NCBI GenBank assembly: GCA_963710605.1 | Contig: CAVQBA010000001.1 | Coordinates: forward strand, 256,001 to 320,000 | From: an uncultured cyanobacterium | GTDB lineage: Bacteria > Cyanobacteriota > Cyanobacteriia > Cyanobacteriales > Cyanobacteriaceae | DNA: 64,000 bases | Direction: 5' to 3' | Part shown: one piece after another, positions 11,599-26,086 of the stretch | Numbering within the stretch: the stretch's first letter is position 1 | How the letters are laid out: each line of letters starts with the position of its first letter | Translations under genes and position numbers: made by a program | Notes under the pieces: generated by a model | Database searches by the model: none | What the model saw: the letters and a program-made list of their open reading frames with translations, nothing else | What the model was told of the DNA's origin: nothing

Positions 11599-13402
11599 TT
11601 AGAAGTTAGAATGATTATTTAAAGCCGTAGTCATTTTATCAATCACCTCTGCCACCGCAATCGCTCCTAAATCACCATTGGCACGAGTGCGGATACTTAA
11701 AGTATTAGCTTCTACCTCATTTGCTCCAACTACAGCCATAATGGGAATTTTTTGTTTTTCGGCGTTACGTATCATTTTACCCAAACGCTCGCCACTAGTA
11801 TCCACTTCAGCACGAATACCCAAAGATAACATCTTCTGACAAACTTCTTTGGCATAACCGATAAATTCATCATTAACTGCAATCAAACGTATTTGGATAG
11901 GGGCTAACCATAGAGGAAAGTCTCCGGCATATTCTTCAATTAAAATACCAATCAGACGTTCTAAAGAGCCAAAAGGTGCACGGTGAATCATAATCGGACG
12001 TTGACGGCTACCATCGGTGGCGGTATATTCCAGATCAAAACGATCGGGTAAATTATAATCAACTTGTACTGTACCTAATTGCCATTCTCTTTCTAACGCA
12101 TCTTGAAAGATAAAATCTAATTTAGCGACCATAAAAAGCCGCTTCACCTGGTGCTTCAAAATGTTCCATATCCAGATGTTGTACTGCTTTACGAATCGCA
12201 TTTTGAGCTTTATCCCAGACTTCATCACTACCAATATATTTATCAGAATTTGGATCTCGGAAACTCAAACGAGCTTTAAAATTAGAAAGCTGTAAACTTT
12301 TGAATACAGATAAAATTAAATCAACCACATCAAAAAATTCCGACTCTAATTGTTCAGGTGTGACAAATAGATGGGAATCATCAACAGTAAAACCACGGAC
12401 TCTAGTTAAGCCTCCTAACTCCCCTGACTGTTCGTAACGATAGACAGTACCAAACTCGGCTAAACGCATTGGTAAGTCACGATAAGACCGTAATTCGCTT
12501 TTATAAATTTGAGTATGAAAAGGGCAATTCATCGGTTTTAAGACAAATCCCATTTCTTTTTCGGCATCTTCGGTGCTTTCTGCCATCATCGGGAACATAT
12601 CTTCTTTATAGTTTTGCCAATGTCCTGAGATTTTGAATAAATCGACTCGACCAATATGAGGGCTAACAACTGGTAGATAACCTCTTTTGATTTGTTCTTG
12701 TTGCAGGTAATTTTCTAACGTCGATCGAATAATTGTACCTTTAGGAGTCCATAATGGTAAACCCGGACCGACGGGATCTGAGAAAATAAATAAACCTAAC
12801 TCTTTACCTAATTTGCGGTGATCTCTTTTTTTGGCTTCTTCTTTTCGACGTTTATATTCAGCTAACTGCTCAGGTGTTTCCCATGCTGTACCATATACTC
12901 GTTGTAATTGCTGATTATTTGCATCTCCTCGCCAATATGCACCTGCGATACTTTCTAAATCGATCGCTTTAGGGTTAAGATCAGCAGTAGTTTCTAAATG
13001 AGGTCCGGCACATAAATCCCACCATTGATCCGCTAGATGATAAATTGTAATCGTATCATCAGTAATACCGTCTAAAATTTCTAATTTGTAGGGTTCGTTA
13101 ATCTCTTTAATTCTAGTTTGAGCTTCTTCTCGACTAACAACTTCTCTGACTACAGGTAGTTTTTTATTGATGATTTTAATCATCTGTTTTTTGATTGTCT
13201 TTAAGTCTTTTTCGGTCAAAGATTCGGGTAAATCAAAGTCGTAGTAAAAGCCATTTTCTGTCCAAGGACCGATCGTTACTTGAGCATTAGGATATAATTT
13301 TTGTACCGCCATTGCCATCACGTGAGAAGCTGTATGACGAATTTTTTGTAAGGATTCTGATTCGCTGGTAGATGGTAATTTAATCGTTTCTAAACTAGAC
13401 AT
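11599..13402 (-). CDS. thrS: Threonine--tRNA ligase, split by a single-base frameshift near 12126
   Basis: IRHTASH, LKPMNCP, GLTRVRGF; FYG(P)KLDF restored by removing one base; HRAPFGSLER in second ORF. Confidence 0.95.
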
Positions 13403-13799
13403 AAATATTCGCTCTTTTTGTACTATCTTTTTCTGCTCATAAATTTAGATCTTAACCTAAAACAGATAACAGATAACAGATAACAGATAACAGTGAACGC
13501 CCGTACAGTGAAAAGAAGACAGTGTATAGCTAAGAGCTGATAGCAAGTAAGCAAGTGAGCTGAATAAATATTTTAATTAAATTACTTAGAACTTATAACA
13601 ATTTGATCTTAAAGTTTAATTTTTATTTTGTTAATCAAAAATAACTTTTCAATAATCTCCGAATACGTTACCCTAAATATTGAAGGTCAGACAAAGTTCT
13701 GTAATTTTGATCACAATAATTTAATACCTATGGTGATAAAGTGTCGGTAACTTCAAAAAACCTTTTTGTCAAAATACAAAGAATTGACTTTTACCCTGA

Positions 13800-14863
13800 A
13801 TGTTAACTCTGATATTAACAGTTGCAATCGTTCTCCTTGGTTCTGCTTTTTGTTCTCTAACCGAAACGGTATTGTTGTCAGTACCCGAAATCAAGGTTAA
13901 GCAATGGGTTCAAGCAAAAAAGAAAGGCTCAAATACCTTGTTACAGATTAAGAAAAAAATGAGTCGCCCGATCGCCACAATTGTAATTTTAATAATATAT
14001 TTAACATTGTTGGCAGTGTTGTTATCGGTACATTAACAACTCAAGTTTTGGGTAGCAAGTGGTTAGGAGCATTTTCAGCATTATTTACTTTTCTAATTAT
14101 TATTTTCGCTGAAATTATTCCTAAAACTTTAGGGCAAAAAAACGCTGATTTTTTATCTTTACTATTGGCTGTACCTGTCAAGACATTATCTTTTCTCTTC
14201 ACACCGATCGTGTTAATGATGGAAATTTTAACTGAGCCTTTAACTAAAGGAAAAGTTTTACCTACTACCAACGAAATGGAAATTAAGTTTTTAACTAATA
14301 TTGGTAGTAATGAAGGCGTGATTGAAGCTGACGAAGCCGAAATGATCAATCGTGTTTTTCATCTTAATGATTTATGTGCGCTTGATATTATGACACCGAG
14401 AATTATTGTTACTTATCTCAAAGGAGATTTAACTTTAGGTGAGTGTCAAGATTTTATTATTAATTCTGAGCATAGTCGTATTTTGATTGTGGAAGAATCG
14501 ATCGATGAAGTTATCGGTATTGGTTTTAAAACTGAATTATTAATCGCCATCATTCAAGGTAAAGGTAACAGTAAATTAGCTGATTTAGCTCAAAACGTTA
14601 ATTTTGTCCCCGGTAGTGTAAGAGCAGATCATCTTTTAAAAAACTTCCAAGAATTAAGACAACATTTAGTCGTTGTTATTGATGAATATGGTGGTGTTTC
14701 CGGGGTTGTTTCTCTAGAAGATGTCTTAGAAGTATTGACAGGAGAAATCGTTGATGAAACCGATCGAGCAGTTAGTATGAGAGAGATTGCTAGAAAAAGA
14801 AGAGAGCGTCTTTTACGCTCTAAAGGTATCAATGATTCTTCTGGTTTTTATCGGGCATCGTGA
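13800..14863 (+). CDS. CNNM/HlyC-CorC family CBS-domain transporter, frameshifted near 13991
   Basis: DUF21-like N-terminus (SAFCSLTE), AEIIPK, VIDEYGG...SLEDVLE..TGEI; adding one A restores ILNNIFNIVGS. Confidence 0.85.
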
Positions 14864-15342
14864 TAGTTGATCTACGCTAAACCCATAACTTTCGGTTGAA
14901 TAATAATAATTCAAACATACTTACCATAGATAAATAACGATCGATTATTATCAAGATTTAGACGTGTCATTTCTACTAATTAACGAGCCAGACAAATCTT
15001 TATAATCAATAAAGTGCGAAAGTTCATGATAATGAACGAATTTTATTAGCCTTGCACGATAGTTCAAGGCGGATTAATTACTCAAAAAGAAAAGCCCCCC
15101 TTACGAAAAGGCAGGGCTGTTTCATTCAAAGGAAGAAGAAAATAGCTAGAAGCAAAAAATAAATAGCTTCTAGCTATTACTACATACTCGATCGAGCGAT
15201 TTAGATACATGATCTTTTTACTTTTAGAAAAAAACAGCTACATTTATTGCTATTTCTGGCGTTGTAGAAATCACAAAAAATAAAAAAGAAAAGCCCCCCT
15301 TACGAAAAGGGGGGTTGGGGGGATCGATTACTCAGACGTTAC

Positions 15343-17281
15343 TTATTCTTTGGTTTCAGAAAATTCAGCGTCAATTACATCATCACCATCATCAGAGGTC
15401 TGTACCTGTTGCACCAGCGTCGGCGGTGGGATCGACACCTGGACCACCTGCGGCATTAGGATCGACTCCCTCTGCACCTGCTTGTTGATACATACTAGTA
15501 CCGATCGCATAAAGAACTTGTTGTAATTCAGGCATTACAGTTTGAATTTTAGCATCATCTTCTTGAGCTACTGCTTCTTTCAAATCTTTGATAAGTACTT
15601 CTGCTTTAGTTTTGTCTTCAGCAGGTGCTTTATCACCTAACTCATTGAGTTGTTTTTCAGCTTGATAGACTAAAGAATCAGCTTGGTTTTTACGCTCAAT
15701 TTGTTCACGACGCTCTTTATCACTAGAAGCATTACTTTCAGCTTCTTTGACCATACGATCGACTTCATCATCAGGTAAAGTAGAAGCACCTGTGATACTA
15801 ATTGATTGTTCTTTACCAGTACCTTTATCTTTCGCTGTTACATTTAAAATACCGTTAGCATCAATATCGAATGTTACTTCAATTTGAGGTACACCACGAG
15901 GTGCAGGAGGAATACCATCTAAACGGAAAGTTCCCAAACTTTTATTGTCTTTGGAGAATTCACGCTCACCTTGAAGTACATGAATTTCTACATTACTTTG
16001 ACCATCAACCGCAGTAGAGAAGGTTTCTGAACCTTTACTAGGAATAGTCGTGTTACGAGCGATGATTTTGGTCATTACACCACCGAGGGTTTCTACACCA
16101 AGAGAAAGAGGTGTTACATCTAATAATAGAATGTCTTTAACTTCACCCGCTAATACACCACCTTGAATCGCCGCACCAACTGCAACTACTTCATCAGGGT
16201 TAACTGTTTGGTTTGGTTGTTTACCTAATACTTTCTCAACAACGTCTTTAACCGCAGGAATACGAGTACTACCACCAACTAAGACGACTTCATCTATATC
16301 ACTAGCATTAAGCTTAGAATCTTTAAGAGCATTTTTAACAGGAATGGCACATCGATCGATTAAATCGGCACATAACTCTTCAAATTTAGCTCTAGTTAAA
16401 GTTAACTCTAAGTGTTTTGGTCCATCTTGAGTTGCAGTGATAAAAGGTAAGTTAATATCTGCTTGACTTACACTAGAAAGCTCAATTTTAGCTTTTTCAG
16501 CGGCTTCAGTTAAACGTTGTAAAGCTTGTTTGTCTTTACGTAAATCAATACCTTCATTTGCTTCAAAATCCTTAGCTAGATAATCAACGATCTTTTTATC
16601 GAAATCGTCACCACCTAAGTGAGTATCACCAGAAGTTGCTAATACTTCAAATACACCATCACCAACATCTAAGACTGATACGTCAAATGTACCACCACCT
16701 AAGTCAAAAACTAAGATAGTTTCGTTGCTTTTTTTATCTAAACCATAAGCCAAAGAAGCGGCAGTAGGCTCGTTGATGATTCTTTTTACTTCGATACCGG
16801 CAATTTTACCTGCATCTTTTGTTGCTTGACGTTGAGAGTCATTGAAATAGGCAGGAACAGTAATTACAGCTTCGGTTACAGTTTCTCCTAAATATTTACT
16901 TGCGTCTTCGACTAATTTACGTAATACCTGAGCCGAAATTTCTTCAGGTGCAAATTGCTTACCTTGAGCTGGACAATCTAATTTAACATTTCCGTTACTA
17001 TCTCTAAGTACTCCGTAAGCTACTTCTGTAGTTTCGTTGGTTACTTCATCGAATTTGTTACCAATAAAACGTTTGACAGAATAAAAAGTATTTGTAGGGT
17101 TCATAACCCCTTGTCTTTTAGCGATTTGTCCGACGAGACGATCGCCATTTTTAGCATAAGCTACTACCGAAGGAGTAGTTCTAAAACCTTCAGCATTAGC
17201 AATAACAACAGGTTTACCACCTTCCATTACTGCTACACAAGAGTTAGTTGTACCTAAATCTATACCTACTACTTTTCCCAT
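15343..17281 (-). CDS. dnaK: Chaperone DnaK (frameshift near 15400; probable true tail ...[16 protein letters not shown])
   Basis: [17 protein letters not shown], full Hsp70; conserved acidic tail lies in the adjacent frame. Confidence 0.96.
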
Positions 17282-17602
17282 ATTATAAAATTACTCCTGA
17301 TTAATATATATTCAATTTCTATATTGAACAAATTTAAGTAAAAAGCAAAAATGATTTTTAACCGTTTCTTTTACTTAAATATTTGTTTGTTTCGTGCTTT
17401 CTTCCTATATAGTGAATTAAAAAGACTTGTTTAAGGTAGTGTAGTTTTCCGTACCTCAGCTCTAATGAAGATACTGACACAATATGATCAGGATTGAGCA
17501 GCCGTATTTTGAAGCTTAATTAAACAAATATATTGACAAACGTTGTGAACTACTCTATTATGGTTTACTTGTGTATAAAACAATAAATAAACAAAATTTT
17601 GG

Positions 17603-17795
17603 CGACAGCCGAAGACAGCAGGGGCAATATCTAAGCTTAATGATCCTGCCGAGGTTGATGCGATAAGTCAATTAAAGAATTTGCAACTTTAAGAATAACT
17701 TTCTTTGTTCTGCTTCTTTAAAGAAACTACTATAGTAATAAATTATTATAATCATCAACCCAAAAGCCCTACTAAAAATTAAGCTAGGGTTTTTT
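17603..17795 (+). promoter_or_regulatory. L10 ribosomal protein leader
   Basis: CCGAAGACAGCAGG...CCTGCCGAGG core upstream of rplJ; TTGACA at 17534 upstream; boundaries approximate. Confidence 0.7.
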
Positions 17796-17888
17796 CATTG
17801 TGAGTTTTTAGTAAGTAACACTTATATACACAGTGAAACTGTGAGTCTTAAAAACTGGCAACAGAAAAACAATTAAACACCCAAGGAG

Positions 17889-18443
17889 GTGAGAATCATA
17901 TCTAAAACCTTTGAGAGTAAAAAACAAGAAGTAGCCGAAATAAAAGAGTTACTAGACAAATCCCGTTTGATGGTAGTCATCGATTATCAAGGGTTGACAG
18001 TTGCCGAAATTACTAATTTAAGAGGTCTTTTACGAGAAGAAGGTAGTGGTATTTGTAAAATTACCAAAAATACCTTAATGGGTAAAGCCGTCGAAGGTAA
18101 TGAAGATTGGCAATCGGTTGATTCATTGTTAAAAGGTTCATCCGCTTTTATCTTAGCTGACGAAGAAAATATAGGTGGTGCGGTGCGTGCCTATAAAAAA
18201 TTCGTTAAAGAGAAAAAGAAATCTGAACTACGTGGTGGAGTCATGGAAGGAGAAATCCTTTCCGCCGATCAAGTAAAAGCTTTAGCTGACTTACCAACAA
18301 AAGAAGAACTTATCGGTCAAATCGCTGGTTCGATCAACGCTGTGACTACCAAAGTTGCTCGTGTTATTAATGAAGTACCTTCATCTTTAGCTCGTGTTGT
18401 TGAAGCTGTTAAAGCTAAGCAAGAAGAAGACGAAGCCGCTTAG
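17889..18443 (+). CDS. rplJ: 50S ribosomal protein L10 (start uncertain)
   Basis: DYQGLTVAEITNLR, KNTL, LADLPTKEEL. Confidence 0.95.
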   Translation: MRIISKTFESKKQEVAEIKELLDKSRLMVVIDYQGLTVAEITNLRGLLREEGSGICKITKNTLMGKAVEGNEDWQSVDSLLKGSSAFILADEENIGGAVRAYKKFVKEKKKSELRGGVMEGEILSADQVKALADLPTKEELIGQIAGSINAVTTKVARVINEVPSSLARVVEAVKAKQEEDEAA

Positions 18444-18518
18444 GTATTTAATCGTTTCGTTAATTTATTTACATTTCATTTTTCGCAAATCAATTAATCA
18501 AGGAGATTATATTTAATC

Positions 18519-18905
18519 ATGTCTGAAAAAGTAACAAATATTGTTGAAGAATTAAAAACTCTTAGTTTATTAGAAGCTTCTGATTTAGTTAAACAAATTG
18601 AAGAAACTTTTGGTGTTAGTGCCGCCGCACCTGCTGGTGGAATGATGATGCAGGCTCCAGGTGGCGGTGGTGCCACTGAAGAGGCTGAAGAGCAAACTGA
18701 ATTTGATGTTGTTTTAGAAAGCTTTGGTGACAAAAAAATGGCTGTACTTAAAGTCGTTCGTACTATCACTGGTTTAGGTTTGAAAGAAGCTAAAGAATTA
18801 GTTGAATCTGCTCCTAAAGCAATTAAAGAAGCTGTTTCTAAAGAAGATGCTGAAGAAGTTAAAAAGCAATTAGAAGAAGCAGGCGGTAGTGTTACTGTTA
18901 AATAG
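18519..18905 (+). CDS. rplL: 50S ribosomal protein L7/L12
   Basis: [10 protein letters not shown]...[10 protein letters not shown]...[15 protein letters not shown]. Confidence 0.97.
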   Translation: MSEKVTNIVEELKTLSLLEASDLVKQIEETFGVSAAAPAGGMMMQAPGGGGATEEAEEQTEFDVVLESFGDKKMAVLKVVRTITGLGLKEAKELVESAPKAIKEAVSKEDAEEVKKQLEEAGGSVTVK

Positions 18906-19061
18906 TCTTTTGATTTAACCTCACCCCCAACCCCTCTTTTCAAGGAGAGGGGAGCTGTTTCATCATCGTTCGTAAAAAATAATCAGAAGCAAAAAATAGC
19001 TAGAAGCTATTATTCCTAGACGATCGAGCTATTTGATTATATTTTTCTTTTTTTAATTAGT

Positions 19062-20282
19062 TTAATGATTAACTGGTTGTAATTTGGTTTGTAATAAACG
19101 CAAGATAACGATCGCAATTACAATACTACTAGCTAAAACTAACCAAGAAATATCGGCAGTTGCTTTATCTTGATCTAATACCCAACCCCCTACAGTTGGA
19201 CCGATAAAATAACCGATCGCCCAACATTGAGAATTAATCGCAAAGTAGATTCCTCTTGATGACTCAGGGGCTAAATCAACTACTAAAGCAGATGCTGTAG
19301 GATTATAAGTTACCATAGCGATCGCTCCAAATAAAACGCTAATTACTCCTAAAATAAAAGCTCCCTGACTTACATTCCCCGTAAACCAAATTAAAACAAA
19401 GCTAATACCCCACAAAATAGAAGCTAAGGTCAAACCTTGAATATTGCTAATTGAATTTAGTACTCTCACCATCGGTAATTGAAATAATACAGCTAAGGCA
19501 ATGTGAAGCGTAAATAAGCCACTAATATTGTTAATCGAAAATTGATTGTTAGCGGTGAAATTCGTCAGATATAAAGGTAAGATACTTTGAATTACCGCCA
19601 TATAAGTGGTAAAAATGACATTGACGACAAAGAAAATCCATAATTTTTGATCTTTGAATGCAATCGCCCAACCTTCTTTAACTGTAGGAGTATCTATATT
19701 GCGAGGAACTTTTTTTTCTTTAATTGCCCAATATATGACAGCATAAAAGACGACAAAAGACAAGCCATCAATGATAAATAATAAACGATAATTATTAGTC
19801 TGAGCAATCAACCAACCACCGATGGCAACACCTAAACCTAAACCAACATTATCTGCTAAGCGACTAATAGCAAAAGCTGAGTTTCTTTGTTTGTCGTTAG
19901 TTAAGTCAGCAACTGCCGCTTCTGCCGCTGGCCAATATAAACCGATTCCTAAACCCATCAAAAGGTTACCGAGCAATAAAAAAGTAAAATCATTAGCGGT
20001 AATTAAAAATATATCAGCGATCGCCGAAATTACTGCTGAAATTAGTAACACTTTTTTTCGCCCCCACTTGGGAGAATCACTCCAACTTCCTCCCCAAAAG
20101 CGTCCTAATATACCGGCAATAGGAGAACTACCTAAGGCTATTCCTACCATCGTTGGGGAAAAATTCAATTCATTAACAAAAAAAATCGGGGCATAAAATA
20201 AAGTAAAACCTGTCCCAAATTGTAATAACAATCTGCCACCTGCTAAAATCCACACTTGAGGATTAAAATCAAAATTTTTCAT
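19062..20282 (-). CDS. MFS transporter
   Basis: ~12 TM segments, GGSWSD..WGRK motif A-like, RGIYFAI. Confidence 0.85.
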   Translation of the reverse strand: MKNFDFNPQVWILAGGRLLLQFGTGFTLFYAPIFFVNELNFSPTMVGIALGSSPIAGILGRFWGGSWSDSPKWGRKKVLLISAVISAIADIFLITANDFTFLLLGNLLMGLGIGLYWPAAEAAVADLTNDKQRNSAFAISRLADNVGLGLGVAIGGWLIAQTNNYRLLFIIDGLSFVVFYAVIYWAIKEKKVPRNIDTPTVKEGWAIAFKDQKLWIFFVVNVIFTTYMAVIQSILPLYLTNFTANNQFSINNISGLFTLHIALAVLFQLPMVRVLNSISNIQGLTLASILWGISFVLIWFTGNVSQGAFILGVISVLFGAIAMVTYNPTASALVVDLAPESSRGIYFAINSQCWAIGYFIGPTVGGWVLDQDKATADISWLVLASSIVIAIVILRLLQTKLQPVNH

Positions 20283-20478
20283 GTTGTAAATATTTGAATC
20301 GTTTTTTTGACAGAATTTTTACTTAATATTATTCATGGCTAAGAGTAATAATGGAGAATTTAGCTATAGAACTTTCGGTCGTTGGGTTTCGCTATTATTT
20401 TATGTATCGTCTATATTTTAAGATTTTCACTGCTTAACCCAACCTACAATCTGCATCGATCGCATTGATAATAGTCGA

Positions 20479-21015
20479 TTAAATTTGCTTAGTTTGCCAA
20501 TCGGCAATGAAAGTACCATCTGGGAGAGTCAAGTTGCAGTATCCCGCTCCCACAGCTTCGAGCTCAAACCCAATAGTTCCAGTGAGATCGACACCATCCA
20601 TACAGAAATCCCCTTCAGTTCCAGTCAAGTTAGCGTTTCGCAAATTAGTGGATTTTATGTAAACGTCACTCAGATCGGCGTTTCTCAAACTAGCCCCTTC
20701 CATATTGCAGTTAACAATTCGGCTTTCAAATATTCTGATTCGATCCAAGTTGGCTCTTTTAAGGTCACAATTGATAAAACCTTCAATCCAAGAGTCTTGG
20801 AGATTGGCTTCCATGAGAATGGTATCACAAAGATTAGTACGTTCCATGTAAGACCTACTCAAATTAGTTCTACTCAGGTTAGTAGTTTCGAGATTAGCAA
20901 AACTCAAATCAATTTCACTGAGATTTAATTCACTGAGATCGAGTCCTCGCCAATCAACATTTCTGAAGTCTCTTTCTCCAGCATCGTATCTTCTAAGCAA
21001 TTCTTCTCTATCCAT
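20479..21015 (-). CDS. Pentapeptide repeat protein
   Basis: MDREELLRRYDAGERDF N-cap followed by A(N/D)Lxx repeats; ATG at 21015 preferred. Confidence 0.9.
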   Translation of the reverse strand: MDREELLRRYDAGERDFRNVDWRGLDLSELNLSEIDLSFANLETTNLSRTNLSRSYMERTNLCDTILMEANLQDSWIEGFINCDLKRANLDRIRIFESRIVNCNMEGASLRNADLSDVYIKSTNLRNANLTGTEGDFCMDGVDLTGTIGFELEAVGAGYCNLTLPDGTFIADWQTKQI

Positions 21016-21030
21016 AATTCTAGTTTGCAA

Positions 21031-21250
21031 ACACTAAATCAATTAAATAATAGCGTAAACCATATCTGGAAAACACTTCTACCTCAAACTAACACCTATA
21101 TCATCTACGAAATAGAAGATTTACCAACAAGATAACTAGCACAAGCGACTATTATAAGCAAACGGTAAAATAGATTACTAACCTAACCCTGAATTTGTTA
21201 CTAAAGATACTTTCAATTATATAGTGGAAGATAACAACGATAATATTTTA
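21031..21250 (+). pseudogene. Decayed fragments of a large Ig-like/cadherin-like surface protein
   Basis: Manual translation: YEIEDLPTR*LAQATI and NGKIDY*PNPEFVTKDTFNYIVEDN, with in-frame stops. Confidence 0.5.
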
Positions 21251-21283
21251 AATCTTATAACTATTAATTATTAACTATTTGAA

Positions 21284-22344
21284 ATGGCACAATTAACTTT
21301 AGAAAATTTACGCAAACAATTTACGCCACAGGTTATACCTGTTAAAGACATTAGTCTAACGGTAAATGATGGCGACTTTATCACTCTTTTGGACCTTCAG
21401 GTTGCGGGAAATCGACCTTATTAAGGTTAATAGCAGGTTTAGATGCTCCCACTCAAGGTAAAGTAGTTTTAGGGCAAAATGACATCACTAATGTTCCTCC
21501 TGGCGATCGTAATATGGCGATGGTATTTCAAAGTTATGCTCTTTATCCGCATATGACAGTGGCAGAAAATATCGCTTCGGCGTTGAAAATACGTAAAGTA
21601 TCTTCAGAGGAAATTAAAAATAGAGTTAATGTAGTCAGTCAAAATTTGGGATTAACCGATTTACTCGATCGAAAACCGAAAAACCTCTCAGGGGGGCAAA
21701 GACAAAGGGTAGCTTTAGCTAGAGCGTTAGTTAGAAATCCTGAAGTGTTTTTATTAGATGAACCTTTAAGTAATCTTGATGCACTACTTAGAGAAAAAGT
21801 TAGAGAGGAATTAAAACAGTTATTTGGTAATCAAAATAAACCTGTAATCTATGTAACTCACGATCAAACCGAGGCGATGACTTTATCGACTAAAGTTGTA
21901 GTTTTGTTAGATGGTAATATCCAACAAATAGATAAACCTGCTCGTATTTATACTCATCCGGCTAACCGATTTGTAGCTGGTTTTGTCGGTAGCCCACAAA
22001 TGAATCTATTTACTTTGAAGTGTGAAAATTCGGCGGTAAGATTAGGTGACACAATTATACCTTTACCTACTACGGGTATAACCTCAGATACGATCGATTT
22101 AGGTATTCGCCCCGAAGATGTAACGATCGCCCAGCCAACTGATAAACTAACTTTAACAGGAGAAGTATTATTAACAGAGAATTTTGGTAGAGAATTACTC
22201 GCTAGTATCAAAATACATAATTCTCGTCACACAATTAGAGCGTTACTCCATCCTGAATCAAGTTGGCAAAAAGAAAATATTACTTTAGGTTTAAATCCTC
22301 AACGTCTCCATTGGTTTGATACTAATACAGGTAGCAGAATTTGA
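21284..22344 (+). CDS. MalK-like sugar ABC transporter ATP-binding protein, frameshifted near 21388
   Basis: ATG at 21284; Walker A GPSGCGKST in the shifted frame; LSGGQRQR, LLDEPLSNLD. Confidence 0.9.
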
Positions 22345-22534
22345 GCTTAATTTATTAAACGGATTTTGTTAGCGTAATGGAGATTCATTGCAAGGCGGAT
22401 TAAGGGGATAAAGGGGATAACGGGCAGAATGATATTCTGCCCCTACGTGGCGTTTTGATTATGGTTTGAATTTTTAAAATTACAACTGATAAATTCACGA
22501 TTACATTAAGCTAAAATAAAATTCGTAATTATAA

Positions 22535-23620
22535 TTAATCAACTAAATCAGGAAAAACTTCTTGCACGGCAGGATGTATTAAACGATGATACTGAACATT
22601 CAAACCTTGGGCTAAATTAGCATCTTGTTTTAATGCACCGATATTTTGATTGGCTAATTTGATGACGTAAGGCAAAGTACTATTATTTAACGCTTCAGTT
22701 GCGGTACGAGGTACAGCACCTGGTAAATTCGGTATGCCTAAATGAAGTACACCTTCTTTAACATAACAAGGTTCACTATGAGAAGTAGTATGTAAAGTTT
22801 CTATACAACCACCTTGATCGACAGCGACATCCATAATTACCGAGCCATCCGACATTTGTTTGACTAATTCTTGAGAAACTAGAATCGGTGCTTTTCTACC
22901 TGTAATCAAGACTGCCCCAATTAATAAATCGGCTTGAGGTACAGTCTTAGCAATATGAGGCGAACTACTATATAACAATTCTACCCTCGAACCAAATAGG
23001 TTTTCTAGATAAGCAAGTCGATCGAGGTTTACATCTAAAATTGTTACTTTAGCACCAATTCCCACAGCCATTTTAGCCGCTTCTGTACCGACGATTCCAC
23101 CACCTAAAATGACCACATTTGCTTGAGCGACTCCCGGCATTCCTCCGAGTAAAATACCTTTACCACCTTGTTGTTTTTCTAAATATCTCGCCCCGATTTG
23201 AACCGATAATTTACCGGCAATGATACTCATAGGTGTAAGTAACGGAAGTCTGCCATCTATTAATTGTACTGTTTCGTAAGCGATCGCTGTTACGCCACTT
23301 TTTAATAAAAATTCGGTTAATTTTCGATCTGCGGCTAAGTGAAGATAAGTAAATAAAATTTGACCTTGATGAATATATTGATATTCTGTACTCAAAGGCT
23401 CTTTGACTTTAACAATTAATTCATTATCCCATGCACCTTCGGTATCGACTATTTTTGCTCCTGCTTTGAGATAGTCTTCATTAGTAAAACCTGAACCATT
23501 ACCACCATTTTCTTCAATAAATACTTGATGATTTTGCTCAGTTAATACTTTGACGCTAGAAGGAGTTAGCCCTACTCTAAATTCACGATCTTTTATTTCT
23601 TTGGGTACACCGATTCTCAT
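22535..23620 (-). CDS. ald: Alanine dehydrogenase
   Basis: MRIGVPKEIK..E.RV, KVKEP, DVAVDQGGC, NLPGAVPRT. Confidence 0.95.
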   Translation of the reverse strand: MRIGVPKEIKDREFRVGLTPSSVKVLTEQNHQVFIEENGGNGSGFTNEDYLKAGAKIVDTEGAWDNELIVKVKEPLSTEYQYIHQGQILFTYLHLAADRKLTEFLLKSGVTAIAYETVQLIDGRLPLLTPMSIIAGKLSVQIGARYLEKQQGGKGILLGGMPGVAQANVVILGGGIVGTEAAKMAVGIGAKVTILDVNLDRLAYLENLFGSRVELLYSSSPHIAKTVPQADLLIGAVLITGRKAPILVSQELVKQMSDGSVIMDVAVDQGGCIETLHTTSHSEPCYVKEGVLHLGIPNLPGAVPRTATEALNNSTLPYVIKLANQNIGALKQDANLAQGLNVQYHRLIHPAVQEVFPDLVD

Positions 23621-23928
23621 GGCAAAATTCTCTTAGAAAAACCTTACCTTCATCATAAATTATAAAAGACCAAATAATTTGCTCGATTCGATCGTGATTT
23701 ATTTTGTCTAAGTCGTATTGTTACTTTCGTGAATTTATTAACTCTATATTTGAGGAGAGGGGCTGTTAGGTGATTTCACTCATAAGTAATGAGTCACGAG
23801 CGATTACTATAAGTTTTTTTATTATCCACTCTCTCCCTTGAGGAGAGGGGCTGGGGTGAGGTAGGAGCAAACTTTCTAATTTTAGGTTTTAACGGTGACT
23901 TGGGGGTGAGGTAGGAGTAAAGATGAGT

Positions 23929-25578
<1,650 letters not shown>

Positions 25579-25712
25579 TTAAAAATTTTTTTACTGCCCT
25601 TAATTTATCAGTAATTGACACTGTAATTAATAAAAAGAATTAATTTTTCTATTTTAACGTTGCTGAGTAATACTTTTTTCGATCGACCTATCTACAGTGT
25701 AAATATTATCAA

Positions 25713-26063
25713 TTATTCAACCGTCACTTTTCCATCTTTAATAGCGATTAATGCTCCTTTTTCCAATTCTGTTGGATACTGTTGTAAAGTGCCTAAAACT
25801 AAATCAGCTAGTTTAAGTGAAAATACATCTTGAAGATTACCTTGTATCACACCTGGAATATTTGCTCTATCCATTACTAGCAATACACCAAATTCTAAAT
25901 TATGAGTAAAAACAATATAACCATTAGTTGCCGCCCAATTCATGATTGTAAAGTCATCAGCAGAAGGATTACCCACAGTTGACCAATGTAAGGCTTCGTA
26001 ACCTGCTTTTTGGAATATATGCACCCATTGAGGTGGTAAATTCATATCAACGATAATTTTCAT
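25713..26063 (-). CDS. DUF5615 PIN-like toxin (VapC45-type)
   Basis: MKIIVDMNLPP...A.D..I...A...GYIVFTH..EFG. Confidence 0.8.
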   Translation of the reverse strand: MKIIVDMNLPPQWVHIFQKAGYEALHWSTVGNPSADDFTIMNWAATNGYIVFTHNLEFGVLLVMDRANIPGVIQGNLQDVFSLKLADLVLGTLQQYPTELEKGALIAIKDGKVTVE

Positions 26064-26086
26064 AATTTTTTTATGCAGGGTATTTA

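Noticed and set aside
12100-12240. Programmed frameshift or split thrS
   Set aside because: No slippery sequence; one extra base in the conserved GPK codons, matching the window-wide error pattern.
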